A stretch of 64,000 nucleotides of DNA from Candidatus Nanoarchaeia archaeon (lineage in GTDB: Archaea; Nanobdellota; Nanobdellia; WJKC01), in contig JBAZFG010000006.1 in assembly GCA_041653515.1 (NCBI GenBank), positions 484 through 64,483 of the forward strand, in the 5' to 3' direction. The notes below the pieces were generated by a model. The model made no database searches and was not told the DNA's origin. It saw only the letters and a program-made list of their open reading frames with translations. Both the position numbers and the translations under genes were made by a program. This document shows positions 8,332 to 18,070 of this stretch, one piece after another (the first letter of the stretch is position 1; the number at the start of each line of letters is the position of its first letter).

Positions 8332-10191
8332 ATGACGTTTGATTACAAATCACTTTATTTTCCTTATGAGCAAGTGAGAGCTTATCAAGACTTGTTAATT
8401 CAGAACATTAGCGCTAGTATTGATTCGCGCAAGAGTTTATTAGTCCATGCGCCGACAGGCTTAGGTAAAACTGTGGCAAGCCTTGCGCCAGCTATTTATC
8501 ATGCGTTAAAAAAAGATTTAAGTATTTTCTTCTTAACCCCGCGCCACACCCAACACCGATTAGTGATTGATACAATAAAAGAGATAAGCAGTGCTTATGG
8601 AATTAAAGTGCCTGTGGTTGACTTAGTGGGTAAGCAATCAAATTGTCCTATGCCACCAGCCAAGGAATTAGGGCGCAATGACTTCCTTGATTATTGTAAG
8701 GATTTGCGCAACGCTAACAAATGCCCTTATTATAATAATACGCGCAAGACTGAGTTAACTGAAAAAGCAACCCGCGTGATTGCTGAATTAAGCAATAAAC
8801 CAGCCCTTCACTCAGAAGAATTATGCATTGCTTGTGCTGATAATAAATTATGCCCCTACGAAACAGCGATTGAGTTAGGCAAGCGCAGTAAAGTAATTGT
8901 TTGCGATTACTTTCATTTATTTTCTGACCACGTTAGGTCTAACTTCTTGGCTAAGATTAATAAGGAATTAGATAAATCAATCCTAATAATTGATGAGGGG
9001 CATAATCTGCCTGACCGCGTTAGATCCTTAATGAGTCATTCATTATCAACGTTCACTATTAATTCAGCAGTTAAGGAATTAGAGCTCTTTGCTTTTGATG
9101 ATGAAGCCAGTCTAGTAAAAGTATTATCAACTATAATTGATTCATTAATGTCCCGCTACGACCGAGAAGGTTTAGTTAGTCGTGATGATTTATTAAAAGA
9201 ACTTGAATCAAAAACAGGTTTATCTTATGATGAATTAATTGAATCATTATCAACAGCTGGTCTATCAGTGCGCGAGGAAAAACAACGAAGTTTCACACTC
9301 GCTATCGCTCGTTTCCTTGAGTCATGGAAAGCTGATGAGTCTGATCGAGTGCGAGTAGTTAAACGCGAGTTCAACAAGTATGGTCCGTTTACTTCATTAT
9401 CCTGTTATTGTCTTAACCCATCACAATACACTGAGCCAGTGTTCACTGAAGCTTACTCAACTATCATAATGAGTGGTACTTTAACTCCAACTAAGATGTA
9501 CGCTGAAGTATTAGGTGTGTCTAATAATAACCTTATAGAATTAAAAAGCCCTTTCCCACAGGAGAACCGTTTAACGCTCGTGGTGCCTGAGACAACTACT
9601 CGTTATGCTAAGCGAAGCGACGCTGAGTATCATCGGATTGCGCGCAAACTCGAGTCAGTGATTAATAATATTAGTGTTAGCACAGCTGTTTTTTTCCCCT
9701 CTTACATGATTCTTAATCAAGTATTGAGTCGTTTGAAACTGCCTGGCCGTAACATTGTTGTTGAAGAGCAAGGCTTATCTAAGGAAGCTAAGAATTCTTT
9801 GTTGTATAATTTTCGAACTCATCGTGGTTCAATCTTATTAGGTGTTGTTAGTGGTAATTTTGGTGAAGGTGTTGACTTGCCTGGTGATGAACTTGAGTGT
9901 ATTATTATTGTTGGACTGCCATTAGCAGTGCCTGACTTATTCACTAAATCACTCATTAATTATTATGATAATAAATTCAAGAAGGGTTGGGATTATGGTT
10001 ATATTTACCCAGCACTCACTAAAGTAATCCAGTCAGCTGGCCGTTGTATCAGGCAGTCAACAGATAAAGGGCTTATCATATTGCTTGACGAGCGTTACGC
10101 TCAACAGAATTATTTGCGCTGCATCCCACCCGAGTGGTTGGTTAAGGTAACTAAGACGCCTGAGCGATTAGCCAAAGAATTTTTTGGTTAA
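8332..10191 (+). CDS. xpd: XPD/Rad3-family (DinG-like) Fe-S DNA helicase
   Basis: Walker A HAPTGLGKT and a DEAH-type box IIDEGHNL. Four Cys lie between them (NCPMPP, DYCKD, NKCPYY, KLCPYE), as in the XPD 4Fe-4S domain. C-terminal motif QSAGRCIR. Confidence 0.85.
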   Translation: MTFDYKSLYFPYEQVRAYQDLLIQNISASIDSRKSLLVHAPTGLGKTVASLAPAIYHALKKDLSIFFLTPRHTQHRLVIDTIKEISSAYGIKVPVVDLVGKQSNCPMPPAKELGRNDFLDYCKDLRNANKCPYYNNTRKTELTEKATRVIAELSNKPALHSEELCIACADNKLCPYETAIELGKRSKVIVCDYFHLFSDHVRSNFLAKINKELDKSILIIDEGHNLPDRVRSLMSHSLSTFTINSAVKELELFAFDDEASLVKVLSTIIDSLMSRYDREGLVSRDDLLKELESKTGLSYDELIESLSTAGLSVREEKQRSFTLAIARFLESWKADESDRVRVVKREFNKYGPFTSLSCYCLNPSQYTEPVFTEAYSTIIMSGTLTPTKMYAEVLGVSNNNLIELKSPFPQENRLTLVVPETTTRYAKRSDAEYHRIARKLESVINNISVSTAVFFPSYMILNQVLSRLKLPGRNIVVEEQGLSKEAKNSLLYNFRTHRGSILLGVVSGNFGEGVDLPGDELECIIIVGLPLAVPDLFTKSLINYYDNKFKKGWDYGYIYPALTKVIQSAGRCIRQSTDKGLIILLDERYAQQNYLRCIPPEWLVKVTKTPERLAKEFFG

Positions 10192-11024
10192 ACACCCATG
10201 ATTAATCGAAGCATTCCCCTAACCCCTGTTGCTAACCCATAAGTGATGAAAATCATTTTAACAAAGTCAGTTAATTCTTTGTTACTCTTATCTTTGTCTA
10301 ACACGTAGATGACTGCGCCTAAGACTATTAGTTTCCAAGGGTAGAATGATAAGCTTGAGTTAAATAAGTTGAAAATAAAATTAGGGATGACGTGTTGTTC
10401 GAAATAATTATAATAAGCGAGGCTCACGTGAGTCACGCTAGCATCAAAGAAGTGTGATAATATCATAATTAAATTAAGCTTGTTCTTTAATGGTTTCCAA
10501 TAATTGCTTAGGATTATGATTGGCGCGCAAGATAGTATTGTGTAAAAAATAACCATCATTAATGCTTCAACACTTATCATTGATGGCGCGATGATGCTAA
10601 AAATAATTAATTGTGATAATAATAAAACAATGCTAACACCTGAATAAAGGTATTCATAACGCCACCCTCTTGTTTGCTCTAATTTTTTGGATAAAATAAT
10701 TAATGGCAGGAATAATAGTAGCACTGGCAAATAAAGTCCTGGGGTTGTTGTCCAGAAACCATATTGGTAGATGCCCGCATCAGTTAATGAATGCCAGACT
10801 GCGACTAAAAGTATGAACGGCACTGTTGCTTTAAAAAAATTTAAGTCAATCTTATAACCTAATTTTTTTAGTAATTTGAAAAGCGCGTAAGCGCCGAATA
10901 CTAATAATGCTCCGTAAACAATTGTGTTAACAATATTGTAACCACTACGCTCAATTACTGGTCTAATAAAGAATTCTTCAAAGAAACTGGGGATATTATT
11001 TGATTCATTAATAGTGGTTGTCAT
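10188..11024 (-). CDS. polytopic integral membrane protein (family not assigned)
   Basis: 278 aa with at least 7 hydrophobic helices. Overlaps the upstream small gene by 4 nt. Confidence 0.65.
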   Translation of the reverse strand: MTTTINESNNIPSFFEEFFIRPVIERSGYNIVNTIVYGALLVFGAYALFKLLKKLGYKIDLNFFKATVPFILLVAVWHSLTDAGIYQYGFWTTTPGLYLPVLLLFLPLIILSKKLEQTRGWRYEYLYSGVSIVLLLSQLIIFSIIAPSMISVEALMMVIFYTILSCAPIIILSNYWKPLKNKLNLIMILSHFFDASVTHVSLAYYNYFEQHVIPNFIFNLFNSSLSFYPWKLIVLGAVIYVLDKDKSNKELTDFVKMIFITYGLATGVRGMLRLIMGV

Positions 11025-11347
11025 TTTATTTTAGTGTTTATTACTGTTATCGCTTGGTTAATGTTTTCTAACTGCATTTTAAGCATGTCTAGTTTTGAGT
11101 TAATAACTTCTAATTGGCTCCTAAATTGGTCATCGCTTGCTGGTGGTTGTATTGGTTGTTGATTTGATGATTGTTGCATTGGTTGTTGGTATGATGATGG
11201 TTGCATTGGTTGCTGTAATCGTAAGTCAGGCCCGAACTCAGTTGGCTCTGGCGCTGAGTCAGGCAGCGGCATTAAGTCATCTTCAGGTATTGGCTCGTTT
11301 GCGACTGGCTCTTCTTTTTTTCTTTTCAAGAAACTAAGTAAACCCAT
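11021..11347 (-). CDS. small P/Q-rich protein with C-terminal coiled coil
   Basis: The track start is TTG 11356; ATG 11347 gives MGLLSFLKRKKEE.... The middle is low complexity (QQPMQPSSYQQPMQQSSNQQPIQPP), followed by a heptad-like tail. Confidence 0.5.
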   Translation of the reverse strand: MGLLSFLKRKKEEPVANEPIPEDDLMPLPDSAPEPTEFGPDLRLQQPMQPSSYQQPMQQSSNQQPIQPPASDDQFRSQLEVINSKLDMLKMQLENINQAITVINTKIK

Positions 11348-11405
11348 TATTAACAATTAAATAAGTTTAATAATTAAATAAGTTATCCTAATTAAAGGAG
11401 AATTC

Positions 11406-11414
11406 TTATATAAA
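11406..11414 (+). promoter_or_regulatory. TATA-like box for the 11436 gene cluster
   Basis: ttatataaa is centred about 26 nt upstream of ATG 11436, the spacing expected for leaderless archaeal transcripts. Confidence 0.5.
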
Positions 11415-11435
11415 CTGACTTGCTATTAATTATTG

Positions 11436-12782
11436 ATGGCACAAGGTGATTATGAAAAATTAATAAAGGATGGTTCCAAGACTACTCGCGTGCTCAAAAT
11501 GCTTTATGGCGCGGGCGATGCATTAGAGCCATTTTATTATCGTATTCTGTATGGCTTGCGCAATAATCGTTATTATAATACTATACTAAAAATAAATGAT
11601 ACTTATAATGTTAGCCCTAATACTCAGCAGTTTGGTTTCGCGACTAGTAATTTGCGTCAGGAAATAACTAGTGCGAGTGGTTTATTAGGTCAGATTGGTC
11701 AGATTGTTAAGAGTTTGGTCGCGATGAAAAAAGACCACCAGCGAATCAAAGAGTGTCTTGATTACTTTAAGGATAAAGGCCGACCTAACGAGTTAGTGCT
11801 TAAGGGTATCTGGGCTGATTTTGTTGACAGTAAGACTGGCCCGTCAAGCCTGACTCAGGCTGCGCAGAAACTAGAGTTCTTCGTGGCGCGCGACTGGTTC
11901 TTCAGGATTAATAGCGCTAAGGACGCGTTAGAATCAAAGGATATTACTAATGAGAATGTCAGGAATTTTTTGGCGCGCAAGTATAATGAATATGATAAGT
12001 GGAAAGAGCATTGGAAACCACGATTAGATGATATGGATAAGATTATTGAGCAACAAATAAAGACTACTCAGAATAGCATTAAGTTATACCGTGAGTGGGC
12101 TCAACCATTATTGCGTAACGTTGAAGCTTTAAAGATGTCACCTAACCCGACTAACCCTGATTTATTAAAGATTAGCGGCACTATTTACTCGCAAGTATCA
12201 ATTGTTGCTTGGGGTCGTCGCGAGCCAAAAGAAGCTAATTTAATCTTTGATTACGTGCCTGGTGATAAGAGTAAACCGCTAGGTGAGCGGGGTAAGTGCT
12301 TGTTTAAAGGTAAGGATGTGCCGTTCATGCCTGTTATTGAGATTACTATCACGCTCCGTTCAGGACCACAGGGTTACATGGAGACATTGGCTCATTATTT
12401 TAGCAAGGTTTACTCTAAAAAGGAGTTTGAGCGATTATACTATGAGGTCTGGAATAAGGACCCGGTTGATGATTGGATTAAGAATTTAATGCTTAATGAA
12501 GGGCTTAACTTGACTGATGAATCATTAAAAGAAGCAGTTAAGGAGAAACCAACTATTCTTGAAGCATTAGCTGATAAATTAATCCCTAAGTTTGATTTTA
12601 GTAAAACAATGGCGAAGGTTGGTTTAAATAAAAAGAAAACAGGTCCTAAACCCTTGCCTGAGCACGTGCTTGATGAATTAGTTGAGGGAGCAGGCGGTCA
12701 GGTCTTTAAGGACGTGGCTTACGTTTATTTTGTAGTTAAGAAGTCTTTTGGCATGCTCGCTGAGCTAGCAATGATAAGGTGA
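11436..12782 (+). CDS. hypothetical protein (448 aa), first gene of coupled three-gene cluster
   Basis: The long ORF is markedly GC-richer than the neighbouring island. No family recognised. Its last codons contain the SD for the next gene. Confidence 0.75.
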   Translation: MAQGDYEKLIKDGSKTTRVLKMLYGAGDALEPFYYRILYGLRNNRYYNTILKINDTYNVSPNTQQFGFATSNLRQEITSASGLLGQIGQIVKSLVAMKKDHQRIKECLDYFKDKGRPNELVLKGIWADFVDSKTGPSSLTQAAQKLEFFVARDWFFRINSAKDALESKDITNENVRNFLARKYNEYDKWKEHWKPRLDDMDKIIEQQIKTTQNSIKLYREWAQPLLRNVEALKMSPNPTNPDLLKISGTIYSQVSIVAWGRREPKEANLIFDYVPGDKSKPLGERGKCLFKGKDVPFMPVIEITITLRSGPQGYMETLAHYFSKVYSKKEFERLYYEVWNKDPVDDWIKNLMLNEGLNLTDESLKEAVKEKPTILEALADKLIPKFDFSKTMAKVGLNKKKTGPKPLPEHVLDELVEGAGGQVFKDVAYVYFVVKKSFGMLAELAMIR

Positions 12783-12790
12783 ATGAAATA

Positions 12791-14308
12791 ATGGTTGATG
12801 ATTGGCGTGAGTTTGGTGGTTATCGGATTGGGAGTAACATCCCTATTGGCCAGGGCGCTCCGTGGGAGAACGTTGCCCGCGTGTCCCGCTGGGGTGCGCC
12901 TGTCATTGAATTAAACACTAGTGCTGAGAAGCTGGGCAGTGTTGCTCGTAATGTTATTAAGGAGCAAGCTAAGGCTAATAATCTTGTTTACACTTGGCAC
13001 GTGCCCCCTGACCAGCGGGAGCATGGTGAGTGGGCTGCGCCTAATGACCCAAAACAAAATGAGTTCGCTCGCCAAGTAATGACTGAAACTATTAAGGCTG
13101 CTAAGGATACTGAGGCGCGTCACATTACTTTTCACCCAACGTTTGCACCCCGACCTGCTGAGGGCACAATGTATACTTATGATGCCCGAACTAAGCAAGT
13201 GGGTGGCCACCGGCTTATTGGAGATTTATCTAAGGAGGATAATATTCGGTTGTTGGATGAGCGCGCCAGAGCAGAGATTAACACTCAATTGAATCGCTTG
13301 GAGTCACAGCATAAAATGGTCTCTGATATGGAAGAGACTGCTAAGACTGTTAGGGAATTAGGGGTTAGTGATTCGGTTGCTTGGGATATGGCTTACCTTG
13401 TTGGTGAGTCCGCTGTTATGAGCTCAGCAGTTGGGTTGCAACCTGAGTCATTGTCGCGTGGCGAGTGGACGCGGATTCAGGAGAAAGCGGCTAGACGGCA
13501 ATCATTAAATGATGATGAGAAACAAGCAGTTAAGCAGTTTTCTGAAAAAGTCTTACATCAAGTGGGTGATTATAAGCGGTTGTTTAACTCGCAGATAGCT
13601 GAGCTTAAACCAATGACAAAGATTACTGGCCCTATTATCTCTGATGGTGAGGTTGCGATGAGGCAGAACGTGGCTGATAACCTGGCTGCAATGCCAAAGG
13701 AAGCGCTTAAGATGGCTGTTAATAATGGCATCTCACTTGGCATGGAAAACTTGCCAAAGGATTTCTTGTTTGGCACGCCTCAGGAATTAAATGATACTCG
13801 TGAGCGAGCAGTTAAGGCGTTGGTTGATTCGAAGAAGTTATCTAAAGCTGAGGCTGAGCAATTGATTGGTTTCACGTTTGATTTTGGTCACGCTAACACT
13901 ACTAAGTACTTGGATATTGATGGGGTTAAGTTTGCGGGACCAGCTGAATTCATTGACCAATTAAAAGGCCCGATTAAGCATGTTCACGCGACTGATAGTT
14001 TTGGTGTGGTTGATGGTCACTTACCGTTAGGCCAGGGCGAGGTGACTAAGCAGGAGTTTGATAAGATTAAGGAAGCGTTGAAGCGCAGTGGTTTTAAGGG
14101 CACGGCCATTCATGAGCTTGGGGCTAGTCAGAGCGGCGCGCTTTACCAAGCGACCATGCAGTTTGCAGAGCCAGGTGATTACATGGTTAATGGCTCGTCA
14201 ACGAGCAGTGTCTGGGGGCCTAGTTATGTTGAGGCGGGGATGACTGACCCGTTCATGTTGGAAAAAGATAAGGGGTATTTTTATGAATCATTTGCTGATG
14301 TTTTTTAA
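12791..14308 (+). CDS. xylose-isomerase-like / endonuclease IV-like TIM-barrel protein with large helical insertion
   Basis: Ordered metal-ligand-like motifs: VIELNT, TWHVP, ITFHP, then GMENLP, FDFGHAN, KHVHATD, DGHLPLG, IHELG. AAGGTGA (12777..12782) lies 8 nt upstream of ATG 12791. The track alternative start is GTG 12779. Confidence 0.7.
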   Translation: MVDDWREFGGYRIGSNIPIGQGAPWENVARVSRWGAPVIELNTSAEKLGSVARNVIKEQAKANNLVYTWHVPPDQREHGEWAAPNDPKQNEFARQVMTETIKAAKDTEARHITFHPTFAPRPAEGTMYTYDARTKQVGGHRLIGDLSKEDNIRLLDERARAEINTQLNRLESQHKMVSDMEETAKTVRELGVSDSVAWDMAYLVGESAVMSSAVGLQPESLSRGEWTRIQEKAARRQSLNDDEKQAVKQFSEKVLHQVGDYKRLFNSQIAELKPMTKITGPIISDGEVAMRQNVADNLAAMPKEALKMAVNNGISLGMENLPKDFLFGTPQELNDTRERAVKALVDSKKLSKAEAEQLIGFTFDFGHANTTKYLDIDGVKFAGPAEFIDQLKGPIKHVHATDSFGVVDGHLPLGQGEVTKQEFDKIKEALKRSGFKGTAIHELGASQSGALYQATMQFAEPGDYMVNGSSTSSVWGPSYVEAGMTDPFMLEKDKGYFYESFADVF

Positions 14309-14314
14309 AATTAT

Positions 14315-14322
14315 GGAGGTGA
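14315..14322 (+). promoter_or_regulatory. Shine-Dalgarno-like site (GGAGGTGA) for TTG start at 14327
   Basis: GGAGGTGA lies 4 nt upstream of TTG 14327. Confidence 0.6.
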
Positions 14323-14326
14323 TAAA

Positions 14327-15166
14327 TTGAAGAAGGAGCACTTGAGTACTTTGTCGCACTTAAAGGAGCGCATGGAGTTAATCAAGGAGAAGCCGGGTTT
14401 GCTTGATGAGAGTGATGTTAAACTGGTTTACTCTTTTGCTGGTAAGTTAGCTGGCAAGGAGTACCTTGGTGGCTTAGTGCAGGCAGTGGTCTTGTTTGGC
14501 AGTGTCATGAGGGATAAGCCATCTAGGGCTAATGACCTTGACGTCTTAGTCTTATTGGATGATGTTAGTAATGAGTTAACTAGTGAAATGGCGAGCGCTT
14601 ACAGCTTGTCGGTCGGCTCGTTGTTAGCTAAGCTTAATGCTCAGGAGAAGATTCACTTGACAACGTTAGGCATCATTCGTTTCTGGGATGGTGTTAGGAA
14701 CGGTGACCCAGTGATAATGAGTATTATTCGCTCGGGCAAGCCAATTGTTGATACTGGTTTCTTTAACCCGTTAAAGTCAATGCTTGAGAAGGGCATGATT
14801 AAGCCGACGCGCGAGGCAGTGGTCTCGCACTTGCGTTTAGCTGAGTCATTATTGCGTAACCAGCGTAATTATTATACTCGTTGCGTGGCTGACTTGTATT
14901 GGGCTGTGATGGACGCGGCTCACTCATTGATAATGCATGCCGGGCTTGAGCCAACTCACCCGCGCGATACACCAATTGTTTTCAGGCGGGCGGCGAAGCA
15001 GGTTGGGTTAAGCGTTCGACTGGCTTTAACAATTGAGTCTTTTGTTGGCATAATGAAGAACGTGTCGCATGGCAAGCAAAAAGAATTCACTGGCAAACAA
15101 GTTGACGCATTGAGAGTTAAGGCAGAGTCATTCGTTAAAGCAGTTAAGACAATTGTTGAAAAATAA
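14327..15166 (+). CDS. minimal nucleotidyltransferase (MNT) fused to HEPN-like helical domain
   Basis: NTase signature VVLFGSVMRDKPSRANDLDVLVLLDD (GS-x10-DxD). The C-terminal helical half (LRLAESLLRN...ADLYWAVMDAAHSLIMHAG) resembles a HEPN helical bundle. I saw no clear Rx4-6H motif. Confidence 0.7.
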   Translation: MKKEHLSTLSHLKERMELIKEKPGLLDESDVKLVYSFAGKLAGKEYLGGLVQAVVLFGSVMRDKPSRANDLDVLVLLDDVSNELTSEMASAYSLSVGSLLAKLNAQEKIHLTTLGIIRFWDGVRNGDPVIMSIIRSGKPIVDTGFFNPLKSMLEKGMIKPTREAVVSHLRLAESLLRNQRNYYTRCVADLYWAVMDAAHSLIMHAGLEPTHPRDTPIVFRRAAKQVGLSVRLALTIESFVGIMKNVSHGKQKEFTGKQVDALRVKAESFVKAVKTIVEK

Positions 15167-15190
15167 TTTCTTTATTCTTATTTTTTTATC

Positions 15191-16438
15191 TTAAAATGTT
15201 ATATCACAGTTAGGTAGTGATTGTTTAATCCTGTTTTTTTCGTTCTGATCTAATTTATTATCACTTAACATTAATTTCTTAAGATTTGTTAGTTCTTCAA
15301 TACTATTTGGTAAACTGTTTAATTTATTGAAACTAGCATTTAACACTTCTAATTCTGTTAGTTCACTAATGTAATCTGGTAGTTCACTTAAGCAGGTTGC
15401 GCTGATGTTTAATCCTCTGAGTTTAGTTAAACCTTTTATATTTGGTAGCGTAACTAAATTATTGGAATCTATGTTTAATACTTCTATTTTACTAAGCTTG
15501 TTAATCTCTTCAGGTAAATCACTTAATTGATTCCAACTTAAATCTAATTCTTTTAGATTCTTTAATTTGTATATGCTTTTTGGTATTTTCTTAAATAAAT
15601 TTTCATTTAAGTTCAAAACTTCTAAATTGATTAGTTTTAGTATTGCAGAAGGTAATCTTGTTATATCATTCCCCCTTAAGGATAACACTTTTAAGTTTAT
15701 TAAATCCCCCAGTGTTGTTGGAATCATTATTTTACTTCTTTTACTTTTATCTAAATATAATCCTTCTAGATTTGTTAATTCGCCTATTTCTTCTGGTAAG
15801 TAATATAATTGGTTATAATTTAAATCTAAATACTTAAGTTTTTTTAGATTGTTTACATTTTGTGGTATTGATTCTAATTTATTAAACGTTAATTTTAACG
15901 TATTAAGACTTGTTATTTCATTTATTATTTTAGGATATTTTTTTAGAAAATTACTTGATAAATCTAATTCTTTTAACATTGTTAATCCTTTTATGCTATC
16001 CGGTAAATCTTTTAAAAAATTTCTATATAAACTTAATTTTCTTAATTCTGTTAAATCACTTATAACATCAGATAAAGAACTTAAGTTATATTCTAATTGT
16101 AATTCTATTATTCTCTCTTTTTCTATTACCAGTGAGGATTTAGAGCTAGGAACTAATCCATTATAGTAAGCATTTACGTTGTTATAATCATATAGTGGGA
16201 CATTAATTTTTTTAAGCGTTTCATAATCTTTTTCATATAACCAACCAAACCGTGTGTCAATTATTTTTTCTAATCTTATACCCAAATCTATTGATTCTTC
16301 TTTTTTCTTTAGGAAGTATGATTCTAATCCAAAAGGATTGATATAATTGTTGTAAGAACTTTTATTGTTAATTAATACTTTACTTGTATTCCCCTTTAGG
16401 AAATATCCATCTGGTTTAGATTGATTATTATCACTCAT
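15191..16438 (-). CDS. leucine-rich repeat (LRR) protein with unassigned roughly 110-aa N-terminal head
   Basis: About a dozen 23-aa repeats of the form LxxLxxLxLxxNxLxxLPxxIxxL (e.g. LKNLKELDLSWNQLSDLPEEINKL). The ATG directly abuts the TAA of the vWA gene (TAAATG). Confidence 0.85.
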   Translation of the reverse strand: MSDNNQSKPDGYFLKGNTSKVLINNKSSYNNYINPFGLESYFLKKKEESIDLGIRLEKIIDTRFGWLYEKDYETLKKINVPLYDYNNVNAYYNGLVPSSKSSLVIEKERIIELQLEYNLSSLSDVISDLTELRKLSLYRNFLKDLPDSIKGLTMLKELDLSSNFLKKYPKIINEITSLNTLKLTFNKLESIPQNVNNLKKLKYLDLNYNQLYYLPEEIGELTNLEGLYLDKSKRSKIMIPTTLGDLINLKVLSLRGNDITRLPSAILKLINLEVLNLNENLFKKIPKSIYKLKNLKELDLSWNQLSDLPEEINKLSKIEVLNIDSNNLVTLPNIKGLTKLRGLNISATCLSELPDYISELTELEVLNASFNKLNSLPNSIEELTNLKKLMLSDNKLDQNEKNRIKQSLPNCDITF

Positions 16439-18067
16439 TTAACTAAACCCCTTGAATTCTTTTTTGGCTAAGTCAATGATTAATCCTGATAGGTCATGCG
16501 CATTATTAACTTGATAAGTATTAAAACCATTATCCTGTAAATCTTTATTTGTGTTAGAATGATTATTGATGCTAATAAAATTAAAAGAGTAATTATTCAT
16601 TAATTTCATAAAATCAAATTTAATGTCTTTCCAATTAAGAATTACTCCATCACTAAGCATAATAACTGCACAATTATCTGATTCACTAAGTGATTCATTA
16701 AGAATGTCCATGTTAAGTTTTGTGTTGCCTGACTCAGGATTTAATAATAACTTTTTGGCATCAGTTAGTTTATCATAATAATTAAAACCTGATGTTTTAG
16801 TATTATCTGAGAATAAACAAATGTTGAATCTTGTATCATTAAGTAATTTAATTGATTCAAGATAATTAATCACGCCATAAAAACCTAATAATGCATAGTG
16901 ATAACCTGACTTATTGTTAACATCACAATTCCCCATTGAACCAGAATCATCAATGATAAAGTAAATGTCAGGGATGCCCTTAATTATTTTATTTTCAGTT
17001 AATTTAATTTCAATTGATCCTTTGTTGGTGCATGGGACAAGACAATCAAAATTACTGTTAAAACCAATCTTTGACATATTAAGCTTGCTAATAGCGTCAC
17101 CAGATTGATATGGTTTATAATTAATAGGTAAGCTTAATGATGAGTTTTTATTGTTTGATTTAGGGATTAATTCAATTTTATCAGCCATTAACCTGTAAAT
17201 ATTGTCTAAGTAAACTTCTCGCCCAAACTCTTCCATTAATTTATTGTTAAACCCCTTATCATTAAAATCCTTGAAGATTATTTCTCTAACACCATTAGAC
17301 GAACTTATTTTATTATCAAGTGACTTAGAACCAAATAATAATGGTTGTTTTTGATTAATTTCCTTATTGATTAATGGGCTAATTATATCAATGAATTTAT
17401 TAATAAGGTCTTTATTCCAGATTGTTTCTTTTAAGAAATTGTTTCCGTATTTACCATCAAATAATGATTTTAGTTTCTTAACAGTTTTATTAACTATTTC
17501 ATTATTATTATAAAAACCATTAATTAATTTTTTGTCATGTTTATCACCCCATAAAACAAGTGATAACTTCATGAAAGATTCATATAAATCAGTTAATTCA
17601 TTATTCTTGATGCATTGGTCATAAAAGAACATTGTTTGACCTGCATGATTAGAATAATTATTCCTAACAAATGAGTTAACAATAATGTCTTCAAACATAT
17701 TAGTAATATAAAAATTTATTTCATCATTATTAATACCCTTATTTGATAATGACTTGCTTGTTTTCTTTAATAATTCATGATGATTAAATAAATTTTGAGG
17801 GCAGGTCTCCCAGTGAACTGCTTCATGATAAAGCAAGTCTCTTGCAATAATGTAATCAAGACTTTTGGTTAATTTTTTCTTTTTATAATAATGGCTTAAG
17901 TGCTTGTCACTAATCTTTATTGAATTACCAAGTGATATAGTTATATCCCAACATTTATTGTTAATGCTAGCTTTATATTCTTCATCATTTTTTATTGTTA
18001 AATCACTAAATAAGCCTAGTCTATTCTTTTGTTTGTTAAGTAATCTTTTTTCCTCATGGGTTAACAT
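16439..18067 (-). CDS. HExxH (putative metallopeptidase) plus von Willebrand factor A (MIDAS) domain protein
   Basis: N-terminal LLYHEAVHWETCP (HExxH). C-terminal IYFIIDDSGSMG (DxSxS MIDAS) followed by a vWA-like beta-alpha pattern. Starts 3 nt after the MoxR stop, and GGAG lies within the MoxR 3' end. Confidence 0.75.
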   Translation of the reverse strand: MLTHEEKRLLNKQKNRLGLFSDLTIKNDEEYKASINNKCWDITISLGNSIKISDKHLSHYYKKKKLTKSLDYIIARDLLYHEAVHWETCPQNLFNHHELLKKTSKSLSNKGINNDEINFYITNMFEDIIVNSFVRNNYSNHAGQTMFFYDQCIKNNELTDLYESFMKLSLVLWGDKHDKKLINGFYNNNEIVNKTVKKLKSLFDGKYGNNFLKETIWNKDLINKFIDIISPLINKEINQKQPLLFGSKSLDNKISSSNGVREIIFKDFNDKGFNNKLMEEFGREVYLDNIYRLMADKIELIPKSNNKNSSLSLPINYKPYQSGDAISKLNMSKIGFNSNFDCLVPCTNKGSIEIKLTENKIIKGIPDIYFIIDDSGSMGNCDVNNKSGYHYALLGFYGVINYLESIKLLNDTRFNICLFSDNTKTSGFNYYDKLTDAKKLLLNPESGNTKLNMDILNESLSESDNCAVIMLSDGVILNWKDIKFDFMKLMNNYSFNFISINNHSNTNKDLQDNGFNTYQVNNAHDLSGLIIDLAKKEFKGFS

Positions 18068-18070
18068 TTT

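Noticed and set aside
11137-11337. Plus-strand Val/Leu-rich 66-aa ORF
   Set aside because: It is antisense to the P/Q-rich small gene. The minus frame is continuous with a coiled-coil tail and overlaps the downstream membrane gene by 4 nt.
15567-16166. Three plus-strand ORFs (78, 64, 105 aa) opposite the LRR gene
   Set aside because: They arise from AT-rich repeat DNA read antisense. The minus-strand frame gives a regular LRR periodicity.
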